From the NCBI GenBank assembly GCA_002104905.1, contig MCFE01000422.1, positions 1 through 64,000 of the forward strand: 64,000 nucleotides of DNA, in the 5' to 3' direction. Within the stretch, counting starts at the first letter, position 1. Each line of letters opens with the position of its first letter. Both the position numbers and the translations under genes were made by a program. Under the pieces are notes generated by a model. The model was not told where the DNA came from and did no database searches. It worked only from the letters and a program-made list of their open reading frames with translations. This DNA comes from Basidiobolus meristosporus CBS 931.73 (Eukaryota > Fungi > Basidiobolomycota). Shown here piece by piece: positions 38,732-50,354 of the stretch.

Positions 38732-39183
38732 TTAGCAGCATGCATCGAAGCAACAACAAAGACATGCACCAAGAGCACTATTGAAGGGAAAAGGTGAGAA
38801 CATGGCTAACAAATGCATAAAAAAGTGGATTTGCTTACCATCCTAAACATAACCCATCATTCTGTTGCTGTGCTGGCTGTTGAACAACAACAGTTTGTGG
38901 TTGTTGCTGTGGTGGATAGTAGCCTTCGGTGTAATAGAAAGGGTGAGTTACGGAACCTGCATTAGAAAGTTCACAAAAATCCTATACCTTGTGGTGGTGG
39001 AGTGTAGTGAGCGCCACCTTGATAATGAGCAGCTTGTCCAGCGTCTCCATAATAGCCTTGGGCAGGTGGCTGAGGATAGGGAGAATATTGAGGTTGACCA
39101 GGTTGACCGTATTGCGGCTGACCGTACTGTTGTTGTCCATATTGTGGCTGGGCACCATAGGGTTGGTATCCTTTATCACCCAT
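38732..39183 (-). CDS. CYSTM-type Pro/Gln/Tyr/Gly-rich tail-anchored protein (3 exons)
   Basis: PQYGQ repeats, YYPPQQQPQTVVVQQP, spliced C-terminus DGLCLGCALGACLCCCFDACC* (stop 38732-38734). Confidence 0.82.
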
Positions 39184-40337
39184 GATTAGAAATTACCGAT
39201 TACGAAGTTAAAATGTAGAAGCGAAGCGAAAGGATGAAGAAAGTGACAACTTTCAGACAAGGATAATTTATATTAGATGGTAAGTAAAACTGTATCAAGA
39301 TAAGGACAATGAGGCTATGGAAACAAAACAATCGATAGATACTAGCTATTTATACATAATTTCCCCGACATATGTCTGTAGTGGCCCATCCGTTTCAGCA
39401 GTAAGTAAATTATAGCTTTGGATGAAACTGATGATTTTTTGTCGAATGTACGATAATCATTTATATCCACAATATATCACACTTATCAATAGCTCATGAA
39501 TATGATAATTTACACAGAGCACGCTGCTTTCAGCTTCGTTGATTGGTTCATATTTATATGCTTCTGTAATAAGAAGTCTCCGGCAGGATTAATAATGAGG
39601 AGCAGCAGCAGCATGGAGAAGCAATATATACAATACAAATAATAGGTATATCGGGTGAATGATTCGAATCCATGCCATGCTCCTGTTCACATATCGGGAA
39701 ATAATTAAGGACTACTATGTTTGTAGAAATAGCCTATCCAATTCTAATATTAAGGTGGATAAAATAAGAAGCAGCCTCCAATTCGATGCCAAGCTTTCAA
39801 TATCTTTCATGATGGACTGTCTTGCTGGTAGTGAGACATGTACATCTCTTCTTTTTAGAATAAGATGCAAACTCCTCCCACCTAACAGATTCAGCGATAG
39901 TACAAGTCTTGGCTCAACATCACTCATTTGGAGCCGAAACATCAGACAAAGTATCACCAAAAAAAAATTGTCACAATGGAACTGTTTCAACGTGGGCAAA
40001 TAAAACGGCCAGACCATTGATTGGCTAATGATGTACATTCCAGAAATTCTTTTGATATTGTCATTCATTGATTTCTTTTGAATCAGTTTAATATACTTCA
40101 TAAATTCAATGATCATCGCTTCGTATAATGTTGTGGTTTAACTGGATAATCATCTATATATATAGATGCACTGCTGTCGTACATAAAATCAGGTTTATCG
40201 TATTGCACCATGCCGACCTAACAAATTATTTAATCACGTACTTGTGCATTACTTTAAGTGCAATCCATATATATACGAGCCAAGAAATTTTTTTTTTCCA
40301 GTATTCGTGGGTAAAAGTATGTCTCAGCAAATGAATA

Positions 40338-41310
40338 ATGGCGAACCTATTCTGCTTCAATGCCACCGAAAAAAAGGTAAAAGCTGAAGTACGCTATAGG
40401 TCTGGTGTACGCAACCGACTCATTACTTGGTTTTAAGACTAGAGGCTGAGCCGAAAACGCGCGTAGTATCGCGTGCTAATTTATATGACGACAGCAGTAG
40501 TGATGAGGAAATGCTGGTGGAGGATACCCAGGAGAATGAGGCGTTCCAGGCATTGATGGCAAAATCTTTCTCTTTAGAGGGTAAGGGCATCATTGCATGG
40601 CTTATGTGTAAACGATCTAACACCTGGTCTACGTAATAGCTCAACAAAATTCTGTGCCTGAAGAGAAACCTGAGGAGGAGGAGGAGGAGGAGGAGCCTGA
40701 GGAGATTGGTACGAGTGTATAGACCACATCATGGTCAGGAATATGCCTGTGATTAGTAACCTCTCTACAGTTTTCCGACTATTCAATACGCCCAAGATTG
40801 AAAAGGTTAAGCTAGCAGTACCCGAACCCGAGCCTATAGTATTCCCTACAAGACCCGAATCCGACGACGAATTTGAGTAATATAGTCATATTCAGATATG
40901 CAGTATACGTCCCAATTCTAACCAATACCACATAGAGTTACTGATGAAATGAAACTGCAATTCGAGTCTGTTGCTATAACTAGTGGGCAAATCATCGAGG
41001 AATCAAAGCTCCCCTGGGTGAATATCGAAATTCATCTCCATTTGACGAATATGTTCTAATGGATAGCTTCATTCAGGAGCGACAATTCTTTTTGCACAAG
41101 GTCATTGAGGTACCCTTGAAAACACCAAAGCGTAAGCGCATTCGTAAAAGCAAAGCAAAGAAAGAATGGGAGAAGAAGGTCGCGCAAGGTCTCGCCAAGC
41201 CGCTACCCCCCAAGCCTCAACAAGATGATTATAGTCGTGGATATCATTTCAACAGATTTGACAGAAAGTCTCTTCCACACAATCCTAGATTCAACAAGTT
41301 TAAGCGCTGA
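40338..41310 (+). CDS. Conserved fungal protein, DUF2011-like (about 6 exons)
   Basis: Exons join in frame: RVVSRANLYDDSSSDEE...PEEEEEEEEPEEIVFRLF...RP...FESVAITSGQIIEESKLPW...KRKRIRKSKAKK...NKFKR*. The FRLF / F..VA..G..I...S..PW pattern resembles DUF2011. The basic tail suggests a nuclear or nucleolar location. Start uncertain. Confidence 0.6.
40671..40703 (+). repeat. (GAG)n microsatellite encoding poly-Glu
   Basis: GAGGAGGAGGAGGAGGAGGAGGAGCCTGAGGAG within an exon of the DUF2011-like gene. Confidence 0.85.
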
Positions 41311-41462
41311 TTGCTATCATGGTTGAATCAAACAAACGTGAAATATCACCACAATCACTAGCCCGAGTACTGACGAGTACTTAATTTCTGTAATTCCTTG
41401 TTTATATTTCCCTAACAGTTGTTGAAGATGCACTATACCAGTGGTATTCTTATACACGATCC

Positions 41463-42424
41463 TTAAGCTTTGCTTACCGAAGATCTCAATAAAGCGCATA
41501 TTCCTCGTCTTTCGCAGAGTTGCCAATCAGTGCCATTTCTTAAGGCGTAAGTATCAGCGGTCTCGGTTAGTCGTGGCATTATGTCGAGGGGATTTTCATG
41601 CTGAAAACCACATCTTTGGATAGTTGAAATCAATTTCTTCACCGCCTCAATATATTTGATCTCTAACAGATCGGAAGTTGGGTAATTTATTAAATGACTG
41701 TTTCCTATTAACATAAAAAGAGTGTATAACACATTGATCAAGGGGATTTAATGAGGGAATATGTTCAAGATCCAAGTTCAGCGTTTTAGAGCAGCTGGTT
41801 AACTAACAAGGATTTCACCATCGTATATGCCCAGGTCGCGCCATTATCAGTTGGTGTTGATAAGATTCTGACCGATTCCTCGCTATTTTGAGGATAGGGA
41901 TTGGATCCGGTAATTCTCCCATAATTGGGATTGGGCTTGTTGCCAGGAACCGCCTTGAGGCCATGGATTAGGATCTCCCTCTCCTTGGTGAATGTTGCGT
42001 CTTTCTGGCTTCCCTTCTTCTTGTAGGTGTAAGTCATCTGTAGTCGGAAATGATCGTTCACTTGATACGGATACTGAATGCTTTCGGGAATAAGCCACTC
42101 GGCCAGTTGTGTGGGTTTGGATTTCAACGGCTCGGCAGGTTGGGCAGGTCCAAATATGTCAACAAGGGGAGTCTTTCCAAATTCATCATAAAGCTTTAAT
42201 GTTACAACAGGTGGGCCAACTAGGTCAGGCTCATTGGTGGTGTGCACTTCAATATACATATAATCGCCAGCATTATAGACTGGGCGTAGGGATAAATAGT
42301 CAAACTCGATACCAGCTAAACATGAAGGATTAGAATGATATTTACGAATCAAGAGTACATTCCAAGAAGACTTACCGAGTACATTACAAACGCCAAGGAG
42401 CATGAGAACGCATTTTTTCAACAT
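41463..42424 (-). CDS. Putative secreted protein of unknown function (multi-exon; 3' structure uncertain)
   Basis: Signal peptide MLKKCVLMLLGVCNVL|A across a GTAAGT...TTTAG intron; ~170-aa beta-rich/Pro-rich body; downstream open frames with a Cys-containing segment. Confidence 0.6.
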
Positions 42425-43553
42425 TTTCAATAAACTTGATGAGACTGAGAGACAGTATAAGAGCGAATCAAACTCAATAATAGTACAATTGGAATCGTGA
42501 CCATCCCAGACTTTATAGCATTGTGGTGGGCGTTAAATGGCGAGTCTAGACAGGCAAATTCATTAAATCGACAAAAGAAGTCCAGACTTCGTATCGATCA
42601 AGTGAAATAGAGTTTGTGTAACATTATTCGAGTACTAATGAAATTGGACCCATAATGGAGAAAGGTTTCTTATTCAGAAGGTCAGTCACCATAAGCATTG
42701 GTAATAGCAATTCATAAGTATATACTGAACGGACCCTCTTTGTATCCATGCACTGAATATAGTTGTGAGAAGTAAGGCGTTGGTAGATATTGATGCCCAC
42801 CACTAGGAAGCAACAGGAGCTCATGTTTGATAACTTGAATGAATATCTTTTGTTATTACTCCCGTGAATGAATGACCCAGAGTCTTGGCCATATTTGTTC
42901 AATTGTAGCATTTCTTACGCCATGAGGTAACCGTGTGGGATATTTATTCAGAAGCCATTCGTATGATGCCCTCAGCCTACACAGCCGGAATCAGAAAACC
43001 TCATTATGCCTGTTCTGGACTTGGTCTCGTTTTTACCTAGGGTCAATGCCCAACCAAAAATAGTGAAATGATGAACTGCTTAATTAATTTGCTATAATTA
43101 AGGATACGGACTGGATTAATTTTTCCATATATCTCAATGATTCGGCTACCACCTGTAGACACACATACGAGAACGATTCGTCATGGCTGAGGTGGAATCC
43201 TAGCTTCGCAGCAAGCTGCAGTCGTGGAATTGCACTTTAATCGTAGATATATTCAACATGTTATGTTTGATTTCTAATGGATAGATCTATATTTCCTATT
43301 TTATCTACTTCGAAAATGCCTTAAATCTTGGGTTAGGATCATAGACAGATGTCTGTCCTTACACATCAATGGATTTAAAAATAGGCATACACTCACCATC
43401 ATGTATTCATAAGTGAAATGAGAGGAATTGCGGCCACCGATATTACCACCGGAAATTGCGGCTCGTTGTTAGAGCCATTTTGCATATCGCTTTCTTATCA
43501 ACGTATTTTACAGACAAATCATTTCAACGATTGGCGACTGAGAGTTCCAACGT

Positions 43554-45644
43554 ATGCTAGAAGATATCCCCACCTTCGATGAGGCTATCAAAATACTTCA
43601 AAGCGCCTATAGTAGCGAAATTAGCTGTAAGTTACTCCTTAACATCGTTGGGTGACAGTGGTACTAAACCTCCACGTGTCGGAATCATCAAACAGCCAAA
43701 AACAAACTGATCGAAGACTTAAAGGCAGAAATACTCTCCAAGAATGATTGCATCCGCGAGCTTGAAGAGAATGTAAAGGTGTCGGGGATGCCCCACAGCG
43801 ATAAACACTCATTAAAAAAGGATAGATTTCCTTTCAAGAAGGCACTGGTTTCGTCAAAGGAAAGGGAAACACAAACAATGAACATGTCCGAGGTTCTCGC
43901 TGTTGTGTTTGAAAATGTGGAGTGCGTTTTTGAGAGGTTACCTTCAACTAGTACGAAGGGAAAATCAACTTCCGAACAACAACAGTAAGCCAACAATCAG
44001 ACTCGTACCAAGCACCAGTTAACCTTTGTATGAATGGGCACTAGAATTCGAGGCGGATTATTAAGGATACAGCTACTGTATGACTCTCTAGAGCGAGATT
44101 ATCAAAAGCTAGTCAGCAAATACGACCATCTCTATATTTCCTTTGAAGAATTGAAAAGGCTTCATTATACTAAGAAAGCTAAATGGGAAGAATTCAAAGT
44201 ACAACTGCAAGACAGAAAGAACTCTTCCATTATAAGCGTAGAAAAGGAACATAATGGTAGTTGGTGTTATCCAGTTCAAGTATGTTTTGTTAATTTGTAC
44301 TCAAGCCTGTTCTATCCTAGGTGTGAGTACTCTGCAAAAGATGTCCATAGCTGAGACTCCCAAAAATCCTGCTACTGTTGGCTCGAATGCCAGTGAAAGG
44401 TATCTCGCATCAGTTACATACACTTCCGTAAATAGCGCTGATGTTGGGAATATTGTCAGTGGGGCGGTTTCTTCTGCTTCTAACGAACAGCCTGCGATAA
44501 ATGATACTCTTCTTGAAGATGATAGCGATATTGCACTTCAAGAATCAATTGTCTATCCATATACCTTGCCCAACTCTGAAGGAGCCGAGTCTAATGCGCA
44601 AATGTGTACAACAATGCCAGAAAACGAATCCAAAAATAGCGATGTTTACGCGACTAAGAGATCATTCAACAAGAGCAAACCACGAAACTTATCGATTGCA
44701 GATTCTAAATCCGAAATTCAGCATCAAAAACTTAATCCAACACAGCACCGATCCGCATCTGATGCCGATTCTGATGTAACCGACTTGGATGTCTGTGATG
44801 ATACTCAATTAGTGACAGCCAACGAAAGTGATTTCACTGATTCAGAAGCAAGTTGCATGGCTACATCCATCACAAATGATTCAAATGAGCGAAGTTACTC
44901 TTCTCATCAGGGGAACCGATCTCCACTATTTCTTAACGCCTCTGTTGATGACGAACATGTCCCGACCCAAATTGTAGAACATAGTCAGGATCTCAAGGAT
45001 ACCCCTCTGAATTCTGACGAGCCTGATATCGCCAATTTTTTTAGCACGCCTAATTCCCAGTCAAAAAGACGGAAACTATTGTCGCTGAACAATCGATTAA
45101 CCCGAGACGGTCATACCGGGGCCCCAGAACGGACGCCATCTCAGAATGAAGGCAACTTAACAAAAGACCGGATCACGAGAAAGAAATTGTCCCCAAACCA
45201 CAGCGACAATAAGTAATGAATACAAACCACATCGGTTCTGTGTGTTGGATGGCTAATTTTTCCAGTCTATCTTCAAGTTCTCCGGCTCTCAAGTACTCCG
45301 AGGTTGTTCGAAACAAGGATCAGCGGAAAAAAATGCATGGAAACGATTGCTCTTGTTGTAAAAAGGTTTGACCCACTGGAAATCGAAATGGTGTTGAATT
45401 TAGGTGGCTAACATGATTCGAATTTTCGAAGTTCTACGAAGTTACTGGCTCACTCCCCATTCCCGATGAGCTAGGTCTCCCAAGTAACCAGACTACAACT
45501 ATGGAGCAGCGATTGAATCGTGTATCTCGCCACCGCTACGTTTATAAGCCACCGGACACTCCAACCGACTTTTGGGACGTGGATTTCCCAAGCACACAAG
45601 CAATTGAAAAAGCTCGAAAGTCCTCCAGTCGAAAGCTTAAATAG
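43554..45644 (+). CDS. SAE2: CtIP/Ctp1/Sae2 DNA end-resection factor (multi-exon)
   Basis: N-terminal coiled coil and long Ser/Asp-rich linker; spliced C-terminus YSEVVRNKDQRKKMHGNDCSCCKK|FYE...NRVSRHRY...PDTPTDFWDVDFPSTQ, i.e. the CxxC, RHR and TP..FW...FPSTQ motifs of the SAE2 domain. Confidence 0.88.
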
Positions 45645-47111
45645 TCATGTGAAACATTGTCAAGCAATAATTGTTCTCATGGTAACCATTGTACCACAGT
45701 CCATCCATTTTTAGATGATTGGAACGATAGTTCCAGGTAGCCGTAAAACCCTAAATGTTATTTTGGCCAGTTTTTTGTAGAAAGTCAAGTGGACTAGATT
45801 GAGCCGAGTTTGTAGAAATAGATAATTTAACCTCAACAACATAGTGTATTAAATTTGCGCTTGAAAGTGATGTCTACGGATGATGGTTTTGATATCGCGA
45901 TCAGGAAACCGGTGTTCAGTCTTGCCCAAACGTTGGCACTGAAGACCATCATCACTATTATAGAAATCAAGGTTCATATAGATATCACTAAAGCAATTTA
46001 AGATATAAGCATGCGCCCAACTACAGAGATATGCGAAAACCGGGCTTCAGTTCTACTCTAGATGCGACAATATAAATAGCCAATAGTTACTTTGGGCCGC
46101 GCTCGCCAAAGCAAAATTCATATAGACCAATGTAAGCTACCATGATTGTTTGTCGTGGAGTGATGATCTGTTGGTAAAAGCCCCTCAGCTTCGACTCATC
46201 CTCACTGGCCATCAATTTACCATTTTTATGCCGAGTGAACTTCAGTAGGTAGGGTAGGGATGAGGAACTGGTGCCGATTTGTGACTTGTTGGCACCTCAT
46301 CAACTCCACCAATATCATTTCACTTATGATTTGTTATGTAAACTTGGCTGTCCCTATTAACTTCATATTATGTACCTCATCTCGTTACCCCTTAAAATGC
46401 CATGCCTTAAATTCCCAAAATAGCACAGGCATGCTTCGGGTAAATATACATTCCTATTCCCCATCCTTCAGATATGATGATATGCTTGTGGAAATTTTGT
46501 GGACATAGGACAAGTCAGATCCGAGTGCATTGATTCGGGTGGGATAAATGTGCCGCGACATGATGCTGGCAAAACTTGCCTGGCATACATCTGTTAGGTT
46601 TATGAAGGTGGTGTTCCCATGAGAATATGTCGTATTAGCAGCCGAAATCTCCCGGCAGTAGCTGCGGAGTTGGGCAGAGTTGATCATCAGATGAAAATTT
46701 GGTGAGGTAAGAGGGATCCACAAAGGCCACACTATCGTGTTTTCGCCTTTAATAGGGAACTATTCCTATTCACATTGTATCAGCCCAAATTCAAATGGGC
46801 TGGCTCGTCCTCTGATCAAAGCTAATTACATGCCTTTCAAGACAAGGAAATACGTCAAATCGAGATTTTCAATCGAGGTGTGCTATGCATGCACAGCTCG
46901 GAACACGCGATGCCAATTTGGGAGAATACCTAATCCGGTCGAAGGGGATCCGTAGCAAAATAGTGGGGTATAAACCCCTGGTAGTAATACCGCTAATAAG
47001 AAAGGTGCTAAGCATGCATTCTTAGGGTTCACTGCTCAGTAAATAAATATACCTGGCCCGCCTCCAGGTGTCGATACCTAGTTGCCTTTCCTTTTTTTCT
47101 CCGGTACTGCC

Positions 47112-48065
47112 ATGTCCATCACAGCCAGATTTATTGCCGCTTCTGCCAACGAGGCTGACAAGCCAACTGGTGCTAATTTGTATGCTCGCTGTGCTTTTGC
47201 TGGTGCCGTGTGTTGTGGTATTACTCACGGCGCCCTTACCCCTGTGGATGTCGTGAAGACTAGAATCCAGCTTGAACCGACTGTTTACAACAAGGGTATG
47301 ATCGCTGGTTTCCGTCAAATCATCAAGAATGAAGGAGCGGGTACCTTGTTGACCGGATTCGGGCCCACTTTCTCGGGATATTTCATGCAAGGAGCATTCA
47401 AATTCGGTGGATACGAGTTCTGGAAGAAAACTTTTATTGATATTCTTGGACTCGAAACTGCCTCCGATAATCGTACTGCCATCTACCTCGCCTCTGCAGC
47501 CATTGCCGAGTTCTTTGCTGATATTGCTCTTTGCCCAATGGAGGCTACTCGTATTCGTCTGGTGTCCCAGCCTACATTTGCTTCGGGGCTTGTTTCTGGC
47601 TTCACCAGACTCTTAAAAGAAGAGGGCGTCATTCGTGGTTTCTACTCTGGTTTTGGCCCCATTTGCTTCAAGCAAATTCCCTACAACATGACCAAGTTCG
47701 TTATGTATGAGCGTACTTCTGAAGCCATTTACAAGACCATCGGTACCCCCAAGGACCAATTGAGCACCGGCACTCATACTGGTATTAATCTTGGCTCTGG
47801 TCTTATTGCTGGTATTTGCGCTGCTATTGTGTCACAGCCTGCCGATACTCTTCTTTCCAAGATCAACAAACAGAAAGGAGCCGAAGGCTCAATTACTAGC
47901 CGCTTGATCGCTCTATCCAAGGAACTGGGTGTCAAGGGACTCTTCATAGGTCTTGGACCTCGTATTGTCATGGTTGGTAGCTTGACAGCACTTCAATTTG
48001 CCATCTATGGTGACATCAAAAGAATGCTTGGTGCTACTCAGACTATCGAGATTTCCAAGAACTAA
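47112..48065 (+). CDS. MIR1: Mitochondrial phosphate carrier
   Basis: [45 protein letters not shown] (three Px[DE]xx[KR] repeats); [14 protein letters not shown] and KQIPY. Intronless. Confidence 0.95.
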   Translation: MSITARFIAASANEADKPTGANLYARCAFAGAVCCGITHGALTPVDVVKTRIQLEPTVYNKGMIAGFRQIIKNEGAGTLLTGFGPTFSGYFMQGAFKFGGYEFWKKTFIDILGLETASDNRTAIYLASAAIAEFFADIALCPMEATRIRLVSQPTFASGLVSGFTRLLKEEGVIRGFYSGFGPICFKQIPYNMTKFVMYERTSEAIYKTIGTPKDQLSTGTHTGINLGSGLIAGICAAIVSQPADTLLSKINKQKGAEGSITSRLIALSKELGVKGLFIGLGPRIVMVGSLTALQFAIYGDIKRMLGATQTIEISKN

Positions 48066-48508
48066 ATGGGTTCTGTTGCATTTGCATGCAATTGGTCAAC
48101 ACAATTTATTCATTATCCTAATCACGTGGCCTCCAATACAACCTAACTGGGAACCACAATTTATTGTAAAACCCTCCCCTCAATATTCGGTTACGCGTAA
48201 TAAATCCACTTTCCATCCCACAAATAACTTGGCCGTCATGAATTGATATCATCAGGGACGGAACGCATGACCATCCATGAGATTCCGTGCCCTGATGTGA
48301 TGCGCTCAAAGCAAATGGCTATTTTCGAGTTGGTTGGTTGGTCGGGCCTACGTATTTTTTTGCTGGCAGCCTTTAATAATATCACGGTGGGTACAGGAAT
48401 CTATCTATGATTGTGGTGACCCCAATTGAATTTGAAAACTTTACATATTAATCGATACAAGTTACATGGCATGATATGACCCATTTGTAAAGAGAATGGC
48501 GACAAAGC

Positions 48509-48931
48509 CTACTCCGGTTTTTTCATGCTCAACACGATGTGGATGGCCGAATTGACGCGTGGGTTGGTTTTGAGATCCTCTTCCTGTGAAAATAACAACC
48601 GATCAGTATTCAATGGTGGGAGGGGATTTTAGGGGAGAGATACCTCGTCTTCGGGGATGAGATCATCCACCAATTTTACACTGGAAGTGGTGCAGTCCAT
48701 AGTCACTTGATCGTGCAGCACATCCTGTAACGTAGTTGCCAACAAGATGGCTTTGCCTACTGCTTTACCCAGACCATGTATGGTCACTGTAGGCACTTTT
48801 TGCTCTAGTAACAGGAGCTTCATGCGTTGCAGCTGAGAACCAAAGGATTGTTTACTTGATACATATATATCTGTGCTAAGAGTAGCGGGGCGTTGTGGAG
48901 CTCTCTTGCGCAATGAGTAGCTTTTCGACAT
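48509..48931 (-). CDS. POP7: RNase P/MRP subunit Pop7/Rpp20 (Alba-like, 2 exons)
   Basis: LRKRAPQRP....DIYVSSK..F.SQLQR..LL...V.IHGLGKAV.KAI.LA...T.SVKLVDDLIPEDE|EEDL....RVNSAIHI. Confidence 0.85.
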
Positions 48932-49313
48932 TACTGGAAGATGTATTGTATTGTATTCGGCGCGCAGTTTTGCCCGTGGTATTTTATTACTTATAGTCCC
49001 ACTAAACTTCGACCGATTTTTTTTCGTAGCAAAATATTTCGCTCACCTCTCGGAAATACGCGAATTCTGGAACTGGGATGATTTACCCTAAATTCGATCT
49101 TAAAATGGTGAATGCCGGAATGGGCTGGAGATCATAAACGAGGGAATGCCAATTGTTCCATCAATACTACAAGGACAGTAAAAAATTCTATTTCCTTGGT
49201 AGTAGTCCCAAGTGATACAGTAGTCATATAAATGGTAGATAGACTGAGCTGGCGGCTCAGAAGTTTATTTGAACGCGGATATTCTATGACTGCGAAGTAT
49301 GAGAAACAATGGA

Positions 49314-49514
49314 CTAGATTTTGAAGCCGTGGCTACGAAGACATTCCTTATGGGCTTCGATGAATTTTAGGCAATTCTCTTCGCCATTCTCAAAAACGCA
49401 CTGATCGCGTGCTTTCTTAGTCTCGGGACAGGCACAGCATGGCTTCAATTTCTTCTCCTGTGGTTGCTCTGGGGTGGTGCTTGTGGGCTGAGTGGTTTGG
49501 GTCTCGGTAGTCAT
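49314..49514 (-). CDS. COX17: Cytochrome c oxidase copper chaperone Cox17
   Basis: [16 protein letters not shown]...[19 protein letters not shown]: Cu-binding CC plus twin CX9C. Confidence 0.97.
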   Translation of the reverse strand: MTTETQTTQPTSTTPEQPQEKKLKPCCACPETKKARDQCVFENGEENCLKFIEAHKECLRSHGFKI

Positions 49515-50354
49515 GTTATGCAGTAAGGTTTACTCTGAGGTCGTGGTATGAAAAGAACAATGAAAAGGTATGCAAATGAGTTTTAGCAAACCAAGTCGAT
49601 CTTATGTACTGAAATTTTCTTTACCCCATTTCGATCCATTTCCAATTACTGCGACATCGTATTATTAATCGGGGATTTCAGGTCCGCTAAGCGCATGTGT
49701 AACTAGCCCAATGATTTTCAATGATTAGCACATCAACCTTTTTTGCCAGAGGTATTTGGATTTCATCATCTCTGTGCCATCCAAAAATCGAGGTTGGGGT
49801 ACAGGATGCTGTCCTCCATCGTGATACTATCCTTATATATCCAAATTCACCTACCCGTCATATCCTAGCGAAATCTAGAGTGTACGCATTGCTAAAATGT
49901 CAGTTGAGGGGTTGAATTGGGCAAACTGCGGTCATGGAGATGTACCAACAAATAATTCAAATATCTATTGATGTATGAACACCCGTATTTATATTCACGT
50001 ACTGAACATCTTGGAATCGTTGCACATGCTTCAAATGTCTTTTTGGTAGGGTGTATTCAGAAAGAGATTGAAATATAGCATCGAAATTTCTCCGGGATGC
50101 CTGCGTAGAAACAGAAGGATAATGAAAAACCGAGTCAAAGTATGTAAGCCGAGAGCGGCTCGCGGGTATGCCAGTATCAGTTAAAGGGGGTCTTGCAAGA
50201 CCAATCTCGCCTCATTTGGAACTGTGGAGCGTGTTTGGGCACTCGACATCGTTTTTGGAGGATGTCCAGGATTTTATTTCATTAATGAAGCACAACTTGT
50301 GTATCATAAAAACCAACTTGAGTTGTTATGTGTGTCTATTGGCTTCAATATCAT

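Noticed and set aside
39659-40116. Overlapping 114-aa (+) and 133-aa (-) ORFs in the CYSTM / DUF2011-like divergent promoter
   Set aside because: No recognisable motif, composition or splice structure; treated as chance ORFs.
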